Below are positions 38,653-48,797 of a stretch of DNA of 64,000 nt, piece by piece. The notes beneath the pieces are model-generated. The model saw only the letters and a program-made list of their open reading frames with translations, was not told the origin of the DNA and ran no database searches. The translations under genes and the position numbers were made by a program. Source of the DNA: an uncultured Clostridium sp. (GTDB lineage Bacteria; Bacillota_I; Bacilli_A; RF39; UBA660); assembly GCA_946541575.1 (NCBI GenBank), contig CAMNJQ010000051.1, positions 12,985 through 76,984 of the forward strand. The letters are read 5' to 3'. Numbering within the stretch: the stretch's first letter is position 1; every line of letters begins with the position of its first letter.

Positions 38653-39489
38653 ATGAACATACAATTTATAGTTAATGACTATTTACTAGCATGGAACTTA
38701 TTATTTAGACCTTCGATTTCCGAAGAAATACAAAAGCTTAAAGAGCGTTTATATAAAAACTATTCTAAAGAATATATGAAATTAAAAAATGAAAATGTTG
38801 AAATAATGAAATATACAAATGACTTTATTCCTGATGATGATTTAATATATAACTTTGTATTTGAAAGTGAAGAATTCAAATTAGTAAAAAAACAAACCGA
38901 TAAATATAGAAGATTTTTGATGAAAATATGGGATTCTCATCAAAAAGTAATTCAATCATCTTTGAAAGAATTATTACGATTTAAAGTAGAAGATAATTAC
39001 CAAATACTTGTAATTCATCCATATTTTGATAATGTAGAATTTTTAAAAAAGAATCCTAAGAAAAACATTGCATGGGGAAAAAGAGAAGATACAGAGGATG
39101 GATTAAAAGCCGTAATGAGAGTACTTTTTACTGCCATAAAATATGAACTAAATGATTACCAAGAAAATAATAGAGAAATCGTTACCGCAATAGAAGATCT
39201 TCTTGTAACAAATGAAATATACACAAGAATAGTAGGTTATTCTAAATATGATGAGGGAATAAAAAGACTTAAATTATTAAAAAAGCAATTATATCCATAT
39301 TGGTTAATGTATCAAGGCGCAGATAGAGAAGAATTAGTAAGTTACATGATGAGAGATAGAATGCCATTTGATATAGATAAATATCCAATAGAAAAAGGAC
39401 TTAGAAAAATAGATTTGAAAGAATTTATTGACTTTTGTTGTAATAATCAAAAATATATAATAAAGTTAAATGAACTTGATAATTTATAA
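38653..39489 (+). CDS. Hypothetical protein (278 aa) between dnaE and polC
   Basis: A clean ORF with a GGTGGTGA SD. It has no TM helix and I recognise no motif. Confidence 0.55.
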   Translation: MNIQFIVNDYLLAWNLLFRPSISEEIQKLKERLYKNYSKEYMKLKNENVEIMKYTNDFIPDDDLIYNFVFESEEFKLVKKQTDKYRRFLMKIWDSHQKVIQSSLKELLRFKVEDNYQILVIHPYFDNVEFLKKNPKKNIAWGKREDTEDGLKAVMRVLFTAIKYELNDYQENNREIVTAIEDLLVTNEIYTRIVGYSKYDEGIKRLKLLKKQLYPYWLMYQGADREELVSYMMRDRMPFDIDKYPIEKGLRKIDLKEFIDFCCNNQKYIIKLNELDNL

Positions 39490-39507
39490 ATAACAGAGAG
39501 GTAAAAT

Positions 39508-42500
39508 ATGGACGAAAAAATGCGTAAAATAATGACTAAAATCAACTTGAATGAATCATATTTCACTCTCTTTTCTAATGCAAAAATATGCAAAAATAAA
39601 ACAGATGAATTAAATAATATTATTTCAATAGATATATCAAATGATGGTGATATATCTTATGAAATGTATGATGAACTTGTTGATAAATTTTCATCTTTTT
39701 TTGATGAAGCTAAAGTCAATTTAAAAATAATAAATAATATAGATAAAAGTGATAATTTTCAAAAAAACTTTTATAAAATCATAGATAATAATTATGAAGA
39801 ATTACCTAATATCAAAGCTTTATTAGAAAAAATAGAAATAGTAGGTAATACAATAAATGTCAAAGTAGTTAATGAAAGAGAAAAACAAGATTTAGAAGAC
39901 GACTTGATGAAACTAAAAAAATATCTTTCCTCTTATGGTACTTCTTTTAATTCCTCAATTGACATAGATGACAATATTAGAATAGAAATAGAAGAACAAA
40001 TAGATAATGAATCAGTTGAAATAATGAGTAAACCTTATGTTCAATATGAACCAGTTAAAACTAGTTCTTTTCCTAGAAGAAGAAAAAAAGAAGTAGATGA
40101 AAAAACAATATTTGGTAATCTTATAAAAGATGATGAAGCAATTACAAAAATAAGTTCAATAGTTGGAGAAAATAATGATATTGTAATAGAAGCTAAAGTA
40201 TTTGGAACAGAAGAATTTATTCCACAAAGCAAAGCTTTTAAAATACTAACATTAAAAGTTAGTGATGGAACAGATAGTATTTTATGTAAGATTTTTGTAA
40301 GAGATGATGAATTATATGATGAATTAGTTAAAAAGACAAAACCAGGAACATGGATAAAACTAAAAGGAAGTACAAAATATGATGAATACTCAAAAAATGA
40401 ATTAGTACTTACTGCATATGACGTCTATGAATCAACAAAGAAAGATAAGAAATTAATTGATGATGCAGAAGAAAAAAGAGTAGAGTTACATGCACATACC
40501 ATGATGAGTCAAATGGATGCAGTAACAAAATTAGATCTTGATAAGCATACATGTGAATTAGTAACAAATGCAATAGAAATGGGCTATTCTGCAGTCGCAG
40601 TAACAGATCATTCGGGCTGTCAAGCATTTCCAATTGTTTACGAATTAATAACATCATCAAATAAAGGAAAAATAAAAAAATTAAAATCACAAAAAGAAGA
40701 ATTAGAAACAAAACTACAGCAAGAAGAAAATGAAGAAGAAAAAAAAGTTATAGAAAATGATTTAGAAAGTGTAAATCAAAAAATAAAAGATTTTAAAAAT
40801 TTTAAAGGAATATATGGAACTGAATTAACTCTAGTAGACGATACAGTTAATATAGTTTTAAGACCAACTGACTTAGATCTTTTAAACACAGAATATGTTG
40901 TATTTGATACAGAAACAACAGGATTTAATGCTGCTGGTGGAGATCAAATGATTGAAATTGGTGCAGTTAAAATTAAAAATGGTGAAATAATAGATACATT
41001 TGATGAACTAATTGATCCAAAAAGACCAATACCAAAGAAAATTACTGAATTAACTAATATTACTGATGAGATGGTAAAAGGTAAAGATAGTGAGGAAAAT
41101 GTAACAAAAAGGTTCCTTGAATGGACAAAAGATAGTCCTATGGTAGCACATAATGCAAAATTTGATGTTTCATTTATTGAAATGGCTATGAAAAAATACA
41201 ATCTAGGAGAATTTAAAAACACTGTAATTGATACATTAGAATTATCAAGAACACTTGATCAAGGCTTTGCAAGACATTCACTTTCTGCACTTGTATCAAG
41301 ATACAATGTTGAGTTTGATGAAGAAGGACACCATAGAGCAGACTACGATGCATTGGGAACTGCGAAAGTATTCCATAAAATGCTTTTAAAATTAGTAAAT
41401 CAGAACTTTAAAACAATTTCTGATTTAGATAGATTAATATCAAAAGATGAAATACATAAATTTGGAAGAACATTCCATTTTAATGCAATAGCATTAAACA
41501 AAAAAGGACTAAAAAATCTATTTAAAATTATTTCACTTGCAAATACTGTATATCTATATAAAACTCCTAGAATACTAAGAAGTAAGCTAGAAGAATTAAG
41601 AGAAGGGTTATTAGTCGGAAGCGGATGCTATAATTCAGAAGTCTTTATCGAAGCAAGAAGTAAAGAAGGAGAAGAACTTACTAACATAATTAATTTCTAT
41701 GATTATGTAGAAGTGCAACCACCAGAAGTTTATAATCATTTAATACAAACTAGTGATTTTAAAGATGAAAATGAATTATTAGAACACATTCAAAAAGTAA
41801 TAAATGCAACAAAAGAAGCAGGAAAAATAATAGTAGCAACTGGGGATGTTCATCATTTCTACAAAGAAGATAAGATATATCGTGAAGTAATAATTAATCA
41901 AAAGGTTCCTGGAGGTGGAAGACATCCTCTTGCAAGAAAAGAAATAACAGAGATTCCTTCACAACACTTTAGAACCACTAATGAAATGCTTAATGACTTT
42001 AATTTCTTAGATAAAGATTTAGCATATGAAATTGTAGTAAAAAATACAAACAAAATTGCTGATATGGTTGAAGAATTTGAAGTAATACCAGATACTGGAG
42101 GAATTCCTTTTTCACCTCGTGTAAAAAGTGATGATGGAAATAGTTATCTAGATTGTCCAAAAGTAGTTACAGATTTAGTATTTGATAAAGCTAAAGAGTG
42201 GTATGGAGATCCACTACCATATAATATTGAAGAACGTATAGCAAAAGAATTATATGGTGATATTGTATACAATATTTATAGTGAAAAAATTAAAAATGAA
42301 AATCCTGATATTAGTGATGAAGAGTTTAATAAATTAGTGTTTAGAGAAGTACATAATACAGTTATTAGTGGATTTGATAAAGTAAAAGAATTAGTTAGTG
42401 ACTATCTAAATAATAATTGGAATACTTTAAGAGAAAAATGGAAAGATGATGAAAAAGAATTAGAACTTAATGAAAAAAATTTAAATAAAAAATTAAAAAG

Positions 42501-44484
42501 TATGCTAGGAGGAATTATTGGTGGAGGATTTGATCCAATATACCTAATTGCTCAAAGACTAGTTAAACACTCAAATGATGATGGATATTTAGTTGGATCT
42601 CGTGGTTCTGTTGGATCAAGTTTAGTAGCAGGTCTAATGGGAATTTCAGAAGTAAATCCACTACCACCACACTATAGATGTACAAATTGTAAGAAAAGTA
42701 TTTTTGAAGATGAAGGAGGATCTCCTCTTGGAGCAACTTATTTATCAGGATTTGATTTACCAGATAAAAAATGTCCAAATTGTGGAACATCTATGCTTAA
42801 AGATGGACAAGATATTCCATTTGCAACATTCTTGGGATTTAATGCTGATAAAGTTCCAGACATAGATTTAAACTTTAGTGATTTGAATCAAGCTTCAGCT
42901 CATGAGTATACAAAAGTATTATTTGGAGTTGATAATGTTTATCGTGCTGGTACTATCGGAACAGTTGCGGATAAAACTGCATATGGTTTCGTTTTGGGCT
43001 TCTTTGAAGATAAAATAATGGATATAATTTCTGAAATAGCAAAGAGCCTTGATAAAACAGTAGAAGAATTATTATCAGTAGAAAAAAAAGAAAAAGTTAA
43101 TATAATTGCAAGAAAGTTTTTATTATTACAAGAAAAAATAAAAAAAGAAGTACCATCTAATATTGCAGGTCAATTTGATGAAATGGTAAGAAAAGTAAAA
43201 GAATATTCAAATATCAGAAGTGCAGAAATAGAAAGAATATCACTAGGTTGTGTTGGAGCAAAAAGAACAACAGGACAACATCCTGGCGGAATAGTTGTTG
43301 TACCTGATTATAAAGACGTATGTGAGTTTACACCATTTCAATTTCCTGCAGATGATCCAAATAGTGCATGGAGAACAACCCATTTCTCATATCATGCAAT
43401 TGACCAATGCCTTTTAAAACTAGATATATTAGGTCATTCCGATCCAACTCAGTTGCGTATGATTCAAGATTTAACTAAAACTGATATATTAAAAGTACCA
43501 ATGGATGATAAGGAAACAATGAGTATATTTTCATCAACAAAAGCCTTAGGAGTTACAACAGAACAAATTTTAAATAATACAGGAACATTAGGTATTCCTG
43601 AATTTGGTACTAATTTTACTATTTCTATGGTTGAAGATACAAAACCAAAAACGTTTGCAGAATTAATTAAAATATCTGGACTATCACATGGAACTGATGT
43701 TTGGACAGGGAATGCTCAAGAATTAATTAGAAATAATATTGTTCCATTTAAAGATGTTATAGGTTGTCGTGATGACATTATGGTATATCTAATTTATCAT
43801 GGACTACCTCCAATTAAAGCATTTAAAATAATGGAATTTGTTCGTAAAGGAAAAGCAAGTAAAGATCCTAAAACATGGGCAGAACATAAAGAAACTATGG
43901 AAAAAGCTGGAATAGAATCATGGTTCATTGACTCTTGTGAAAAAATAAAATACATGTTCCCTAAGGCTCATGCAGCAGCATATGTTACTAGTGCATTTAG
44001 AATTGCTTGGTATAAAGTTCATATGCCAGTATACTTTTATGCTTCATGGTTAACTTCAAAAGCAACTGATGTAGATGTTGAAGTTATGATGAGAGGATAT
44101 AATGATATAAGAGAAAAGATAATTGAAATACAAACTAAAGGATTTGATGCAACAAATAAAGAAACAGGACAACTTGAAAGTCTAAAAGTTTGTTTAGAAG
44201 CAACAGCAAGAGGAATTAACTTTGTACCTATTGATTTAAATAAAAGTAATGCAACTGTCTGGGGAGTAAAGGATGAAAATAACATTTACCCACCATTTTC
44301 AGCAATAGATGGCCTAGGTGATACCGTAGCAAAAGCAATTGTGGAAGAAAGAGAAAAAAGACCATTTACAAGTATTGAAGACTTACAAAAAAGAGCAAAA
44401 GTTTCCCAAACTTTACTAGATAAACTTAAGAGAATGAGAATATTAGATAATCTTGATGAATCTGATCAATTATCATTATTCTAA
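39508..44484 (+). CDS. polC: DNA polymerase III PolC type (1658 aa, unusually long)
   Basis: The PHP motif is ELHAHTMMSQMDA and the exonuclease motif is VVFDTETTG. A CxxC...CxxC zinc module and GSRGSVGSS are present, as are PDIDLNF, RTTGQHPGG and KAHAAAYV. Confidence 0.95.
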   Translation: MDEKMRKIMTKINLNESYFTLFSNAKICKNKTDELNNIISIDISNDGDISYEMYDELVDKFSSFFDEAKVNLKIINNIDKSDNFQKNFYKIIDNNYEELPNIKALLEKIEIVGNTINVKVVNEREKQDLEDDLMKLKKYLSSYGTSFNSSIDIDDNIRIEIEEQIDNESVEIMSKPYVQYEPVKTSSFPRRRKKEVDEKTIFGNLIKDDEAITKISSIVGENNDIVIEAKVFGTEEFIPQSKAFKILTLKVSDGTDSILCKIFVRDDELYDELVKKTKPGTWIKLKGSTKYDEYSKNELVLTAYDVYESTKKDKKLIDDAEEKRVELHAHTMMSQMDAVTKLDLDKHTCELVTNAIEMGYSAVAVTDHSGCQAFPIVYELITSSNKGKIKKLKSQKEELETKLQQEENEEEKKVIENDLESVNQKIKDFKNFKGIYGTELTLVDDTVNIVLRPTDLDLLNTEYVVFDTETTGFNAAGGDQMIEIGAVKIKNGEIIDTFDELIDPKRPIPKKITELTNITDEMVKGKDSEENVTKRFLEWTKDSPMVAHNAKFDVSFIEMAMKKYNLGEFKNTVIDTLELSRTLDQGFARHSLSALVSRYNVEFDEEGHHRADYDALGTAKVFHKMLLKLVNQNFKTISDLDRLISKDEIHKFGRTFHFNAIALNKKGLKNLFKIISLANTVYLYKTPRILRSKLEELREGLLVGSGCYNSEVFIEARSKEGEELTNIINFYDYVEVQPPEVYNHLIQTSDFKDENELLEHIQKVINATKEAGKIIVATGDVHHFYKEDKIYREVIINQKVPGGGRHPLARKEITEIPSQHFRTTNEMLNDFNFLDKDLAYEIVVKNTNKIADMVEEFEVIPDTGGIPFSPRVKSDDGNSYLDCPKVVTDLVFDKAKEWYGDPLPYNIEERIAKELYGDIVYNIYSEKIKNENPDISDEEFNKLVFREVHNTVISGFDKVKELVSDYLNNNWNTLREKWKDDEKELELNEKNLNKKLKSMLGGIIGGGFDPIYLIAQRLVKHSNDDGYLVGSRGSVGSSLVAGLMGISEVNPLPPHYRCTNCKKSIFEDEGGSPLGATYLSGFDLPDKKCPNCGTSMLKDGQDIPFATFLGFNADKVPDIDLNFSDLNQASAHEYTKVLFGVDNVYRAGTIGTVADKTAYGFVLGFFEDKIMDIISEIAKSLDKTVEELLSVEKKEKVNIIARKFLLLQEKIKKEVPSNIAGQFDEMVRKVKEYSNIRSAEIERISLGCVGAKRTTGQHPGGIVVVPDYKDVCEFTPFQFPADDPNSAWRTTHFSYHAIDQCLLKLDILGHSDPTQLRMIQDLTKTDILKVPMDDKETMSIFSSTKALGVTTEQILNNTGTLGIPEFGTNFTISMVEDTKPKTFAELIKISGLSHGTDVWTGNAQELIRNNIVPFKDVIGCRDDIMVYLIYHGLPPIKAFKIMEFVRKGKASKDPKTWAEHKETMEKAGIESWFIDSCEKIKYMFPKAHAAAYVTSAFRIAWYKVHMPVYFYASWLTSKATDVDVEVMMRGYNDIREKIIEIQTKGFDATNKETGQLESLKVCLEATARGINFVPIDLNKSNATVWGVKDENNIYPPFSAIDGLGDTVAKAIVEEREKRPFTSIEDLQKRAKVSQTLLDKLKRMRILDNLDESDQLSLF

Positions 44485-44506
44485 AAGAGCCATTCTCTTT
44501 TTTTGT
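44484..44506 (+). terminator. Weak rho-independent terminator after polC
   Basis: AAAGAG-loop-CTCTTT hairpin followed by a T-run. Confidence 0.35.
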
Positions 44507-44525
44507 TTACTAATTAATAACTTTA

Positions 44526-44534
44526 TGATATAAT
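44526..44534 (+). promoter_or_regulatory. Extended -10 promoter (TGaTATAAT) for the sigma paralog
   Basis: TG-n-TATAAT lies 26 nt upstream of the ATG at 44560. Confidence 0.45.
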
Positions 44535-44559
44535 ATGTTGAAATTAAAGGGGAATTTAT

Positions 44560-46692
44560 ATGAATAAGTATTTTACAAACCATATTAAAGATAATAAATA
44601 TTCTTATATTAAAGACCTAAACCTTTCAGAAGATGATCTTCAAGTTAAAAAAAATGATATTGAAAATATTGAATATGATGAAAATGATGATGAATTTAAT
44701 AATGAATATGATGATTTTGAGAATGGATTAAAAATCTATTTAAAAGAAATAAGTAATTATAAAGTCATGACTAGTGAAGAAGAAATTGAATTAGCAAAAA
44801 AAATCGAGAATAATGATAAATTAGCCGAAGAAGAATTTATAAATAGAAGTTTAAGACTGGTTCCAAAAATAGCCAAGAGATATATAAATAGAGGATTAGA
44901 TCTACAAGATTTAATTCAAGAAGGAAATATTGGATTATCTAAGGCAGTAAAAAAGTATGATTATAGAAAAGGATACAGATTTTCTACTTATGCAACCTAT
45001 TGGATAATGCAATCTATTTCTAGGGCAGTTTATTATAAAGGTAGAACAATTAAACTTCCATTACAAATTAGTGAGAAAATAGTTGTAATGAATAGATATA
45101 TGAACAACTATTATGCTAGATTTGGAAAAGAACCAGAAAGAGAAGAAATAGCAAAAGAACTTGATATTTCTCTTGAGGAAGTACCTGTTCTACTAAGTTG
45201 TAGAGAAAGAATTGAAAGTTTAAACACTGAAATTGAATATGGAACAGAAAATGTTTCGGAAAAAGAGTTATTAAATTCTATACCAGATGAAAATATAAAT
45301 ATCGAAGATGAGATTATATCAAAAATAGATATAATTGAAAGATTTAAAGAAGTATTTAAAACATTAGACATTCCTCAAAGAAATTTAGAAATGTTATTAA
45401 TGAGAGTAGGAGATAGCCAAACTGATTCACAGTCATATGAAGAAATTGGGAAAAAATTTGGCATGACATCTGAAAGAACAAGACAAATAATAAAACGAAC
45501 TCTAACTATTCTTAATCTTCCAAATAATAAAACATATGTTGAAAATTATATAAAAGGTTTTCAAGAAACTGAAGAAAAAGATAGCGGTGGATTTGCTGAA
45601 AATGGCAATGAGGAACTAAAACAATTAATAGATAAAGTAAAGGAAGAATGTAAGCTAAGTGATGTAGAAATGAATGTTTATATAATGAAACTTGGCTTAG
45701 AATATGGTAAACCAAATAGTTTTGATAATATTGCAAAACAACTAAATATAACAAAAGAAATTGCTAAAAAAACATACAATAAAGTATCATTTATAATTAA
45801 AGAAAACCCTGTTGCATATACAATTATAACTGGATATATTTCAAAATTAAGAGATGAGAAGAAAAAAGTAATAAAAAATAAAAATTTAAATATTATTGAG
45901 GAGATTTTTAATAATCCAAACTTAAACAAGCTTAAAGATTATTCAAACATGACAAAAAAAGAATTGGAAATAGTATCACTTAGGTATGGTTTAATAAACT
46001 ATAAGTATATTGAAATCAATAAAATTGCTGATTTATATGAGACACTACCACAAAATATTATTTATATTTTAAATAAAGCAACAAAAAAAATATATGATAA
46101 TCAACAAGCATTAAAATTATTTAATGATATGGTTTTAAATGATGAATCATTGCAAAAAAATGGTAATATTTCAAATCAGAAAACATTAGTTAATAAAAGA
46201 TTAGGTTGTACAAAAGAAGAATTAGAATCTGTTTTGGAATGTCTTTCACCATTAGAACTGATGCTATATTTAAGGGTAATAAAAAATGATCCAACAATAA
46301 TAAATGAAGAAAAAAAGGCTTTTGAGAATATAATACTAGTAAAATTAAAGGAAGCATTAGTAACTCAAAGATATAAAAAAGATAAAGCTAAAATAATTGA
46401 AAGTATCAAAAAAGAAAACATTAGTGTAAGTGTTATTCAAACAATGATAACATATATAAATGATTCGTCTTTTTCATCGCTACTTAATAAATTTGACTAT
46501 AAAGAATTAATATCTTTCATATTATATTATGGATTATATGATAACAATAGATATTCTATAGAAGATATTTCGAATTTCTTTGGATTAAAAATTGAAGAAG
46601 TAGATAATATAATAAAAAATATTTTAAAATCTTTAAGAGAAAACAAACTTACACATCAAGAAAATAAAAATAAAAGAATAATAAAAAAATAA
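44560..46692 (+). CDS. Sigma-70 family factor (regions 1.2-4) fused to a ~370-aa C-terminal array of extra region-4-like HTH modules
   Basis: Region 2 is [41 protein letters not shown] and region 3.0 is RTIKLPLQISEKI. Region 4.2 is SYEEIGKKFGMTSERTRQIIKRTL. Repeated sigma-4-like units follow: LSDVEMNVYIMKLGLEYGKPNSFDNIAKQLNITKEIAKKTYNKV, ELEIVSLRYGLINYKYIEINKIADLYETLPQNIIYILNKATKKI and YYGLYDNNRYSIEDISNFFGLKIEEVDNIIKNILKSL. Confidence 0.75.
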   Translation: MNKYFTNHIKDNKYSYIKDLNLSEDDLQVKKNDIENIEYDENDDEFNNEYDDFENGLKIYLKEISNYKVMTSEEEIELAKKIENNDKLAEEEFINRSLRLVPKIAKRYINRGLDLQDLIQEGNIGLSKAVKKYDYRKGYRFSTYATYWIMQSISRAVYYKGRTIKLPLQISEKIVVMNRYMNNYYARFGKEPEREEIAKELDISLEEVPVLLSCRERIESLNTEIEYGTENVSEKELLNSIPDENINIEDEIISKIDIIERFKEVFKTLDIPQRNLEMLLMRVGDSQTDSQSYEEIGKKFGMTSERTRQIIKRTLTILNLPNNKTYVENYIKGFQETEEKDSGGFAENGNEELKQLIDKVKEECKLSDVEMNVYIMKLGLEYGKPNSFDNIAKQLNITKEIAKKTYNKVSFIIKENPVAYTIITGYISKLRDEKKKVIKNKNLNIIEEIFNNPNLNKLKDYSNMTKKELEIVSLRYGLINYKYIEINKIADLYETLPQNIIYILNKATKKIYDNQQALKLFNDMVLNDESLQKNGNISNQKTLVNKRLGCTKEELESVLECLSPLELMLYLRVIKNDPTIINEEKKAFENIILVKLKEALVTQRYKKDKAKIIESIKKENISVSVIQTMITYINDSSFSSLLNKFDYKELISFILYYGLYDNNRYSIEDISNFFGLKIEEVDNIIKNILKSLRENKLTHQENKNKRIIKK

Positions 46693-46713
46693 TAAAAAAA
46701 TCTAATAAAAACT

Positions 46714-46747
46714 AGTCATTACCAAAAAATATGTAATGACTTTTTTA
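46714..46747 (+). terminator. Rho-independent terminator after the sigma paralog
   Basis: AGTCATTAC-loop-GTAATGACT hairpin followed by T6. Confidence 0.6.
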
Positions 46748-46771
46748 AGTTTTAAAAGAATTCGCAAACTT

Positions 46772-46801
46772 TTGACAATTATCCCAAAATTATTACATAA
46801 T
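46772..46801 (+). promoter_or_regulatory. Orphan sigma-A-type promoter
   Basis: TTGACA-N18-CATAAT. No credible ORF lies downstream before the terminator at 46988-47012. Confidence 0.4.
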
Positions 46802-46987
46802 TATTTTATATACTTAATTTATCAAAAGGAGATGATGAGTATAGAAGAAAGAGTAGTATAACAATTAAATATTTGAAAAACATAGTTAATAAAACTATTT
46901 AAAATTTATAAAAATAAATTTTGCTATAAGCATAAAACTTGTTAAAAAGAAATAAAGAAAGGAAGATGTTATCGAATAGTAACATAA

Positions 46988-47012
46988 AGTCGAGTAGCCC
47001 TCGACTTTTTTT
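46988..47012 (+). terminator. Rho-independent terminator (GC-rich stem) upstream of dnaG
   Basis: AGTCGAG-TAGCC-CTCGACT hairpin followed by T7. Confidence 0.65.
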
Positions 47013-47013
47013 G

Positions 47014-47041
47014 TTGAAATAATCTTTATTTGAAGTATAAT
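47014..47041 (+). promoter_or_regulatory. Sigma-A-type promoter for dnaG-rpoD-trmK
   Basis: TTGAAA-N16-TATAAT lies 21 nt before the dnaG ATG. Confidence 0.5.
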
Positions 47042-47062
47042 ATCTATGTAATAGGAGGAACT

Positions 47063-48793
47063 ATGGACAATCAAAATACAATTAATGAAATTAGAAGTAA
47101 AATAGATATTATAGAAATAATTGAAGAATATGTTCCTCTTACTAAAAAAGGTAAATATTATTGGGGAATATGTCCTTTTCATAATGATAAAAATCCTTCA
47201 ATGAGTGTTGATTCTGAAAGACAAACTTATACGTGTTGGAGTTGTCATAATAGTGGTAATGTTTTTAACTTTGTTGAACAAATAGAAAATATTTCATTTA
47301 GAGAAGCATTGGAAAAACTTGGAAATAGAGTAGGAATTCAATTAAATGGAATAAAAACTAACTATAATTCAAAATATAATCATTATTATGAAATATATGA
47401 TTTATCACAAAAGTTTTATCAATTAATGCTAAATACCGAAAAAGGCGATAAAGCAAAAGAATATTTAAAAAATCGTGGAATAGATGAAGAAACAATTAAA
47501 GAATTTGGAATTGGTCTTGCATTAAATGAAAAAGACAAGTTAATAAATTATTTAAAACAAAAAAGCTATGATATAAATACCTTAAATGATCTAGGACTTG
47601 CTAATAATGAAAATGATACTTTTATTAATAGAATTATGTTTCCTCTTGATGATAGAAATGGAAGAATAGTAGGGTTTTCAGGGCGTATTTATGATAATTC
47701 AAAAATGAGTAAATATATGAATACAAAAGAAACTCCAATATTTAAAAAAGGAACATGTCTATATCACTATAATGCTTCCAAAGAATTTGTAAGAGAAAGC
47801 AAATATGTAATAGTAATGGAAGGATTCATGGATGTAATAAGAGCATCAACTATAGGAATTAAAAATACTGTAGCACTTATGGGAACTGCATTAACTGAAG
47901 AAAATATATCTTTATTAAAGAAATTATCATTAAATATTTATTTATGTTTAGATGGTGATAAGCCAGGACAAGATAGTGATTTACATAATGGAGAACTACT
48001 TGAAAAAGCTGGATTTAATGTCAAAGTAGTAAGACTTACAAATGATGAAGATCCTGATTCATATATATTAAAATATGGAAAAGATAAATTTGTTTCACTT
48101 GTAGAAAATGCTTCTAATTATAGCGATTTTAAAATAGATAGCTTAAAGAATAATATCAATTTTGAAAGTGATAAAGATCTTTCAAATTATATTAATAAAG
48201 TAATAAAAGAAGTCTCTACAATTAAAGATGAAATTAGATGCGAAATTATTCTCAAAAAACTTGCAAAAGAAACAAATGTGAGTTATAATACACTAGAAAA
48301 AAAATTAAATGAGTACAAAAGTCTTGATGATGAAGGAAAAAAGAAAATAGAAGATAATCTTATTGAGAGAAAAAATGTAAAGAAAAATAAATATGAACGA
48401 GCATCACTAGAATTTATTTATTATATGCTTATAAATCCTGAAGTAATTAAAGTATATGATAATAAAAAGCTATATTTTATTGGTCCTTTATATAGAAATC
48501 TTGCTGCAGAGATTAGTTATTATTACCATGAGTATGGAGAAATAAATATCGCAGATTTTTACACTTATTTAAATGATAAGAAAGAGTTACTAGGCTTATT
48601 TAATGAAGTCCAACTTCTTGATCTTGAAAAAGAAATTAGTGATTCCACTATTATGGAGTATGTTAAAGTTATTAGTGATTATAATATTTCTGAGGAAATA
48701 AAAAAGCTTGAACAACTAATGAGGAAAGAAAATGATGAAGAAGAAAAGATAAAGTTATTGGAAAAGATTAGAAAGCTTAGAATTGGGGAGTGA
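47063..48793 (+). CDS. dnaG: DNA primase
   Basis: The zinc ribbon is [13 protein letters not shown]...[11 protein letters not shown]. The TOPRIM motifs are [10 protein letters not shown] and [10 protein letters not shown]. The start at MDNQN follows an AGGAGG SD. Confidence 0.93.
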   Translation: MDNQNTINEIRSKIDIIEIIEEYVPLTKKGKYYWGICPFHNDKNPSMSVDSERQTYTCWSCHNSGNVFNFVEQIENISFREALEKLGNRVGIQLNGIKTNYNSKYNHYYEIYDLSQKFYQLMLNTEKGDKAKEYLKNRGIDEETIKEFGIGLALNEKDKLINYLKQKSYDINTLNDLGLANNENDTFINRIMFPLDDRNGRIVGFSGRIYDNSKMSKYMNTKETPIFKKGTCLYHYNASKEFVRESKYVIVMEGFMDVIRASTIGIKNTVALMGTALTEENISLLKKLSLNIYLCLDGDKPGQDSDLHNGELLEKAGFNVKVVRLTNDEDPDSYILKYGKDKFVSLVENASNYSDFKIDSLKNNINFESDKDLSNYINKVIKEVSTIKDEIRCEIILKKLAKETNVSYNTLEKKLNEYKSLDDEGKKKIEDNLIERKNVKKNKYERASLEFIYYMLINPEVIKVYDNKKLYFIGPLYRNLAAEISYYYHEYGEINIADFYTYLNDKKELLGLFNEVQLLDLEKEISDSTIMEYVKVISDYNISEEIKKLEQLMRKENDEEEKIKLLEKIRKLRIGE

Positions 48794-48797
48794 AAGT

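Noticed and set aside
46832-46861. Nine-codon mini-ORF MMSIEERVV as a leader peptide.
   Set aside because: The AGGAG lies 0-3 nt from the two ATGs, which is too close for normal initiation. There is no downstream gene before the terminator that it could regulate.
46808-47012. Whether the orphan transcript upstream of dnaG is 6S RNA, a riboswitch or an rpsU gene.
   Set aside because: I found no 5'/3' end complementarity typical of 6S RNA and no conserved riboswitch core I recognise. No ORF resembles ribosomal protein S21. I keep it only as a generic candidate sRNA in the findings.
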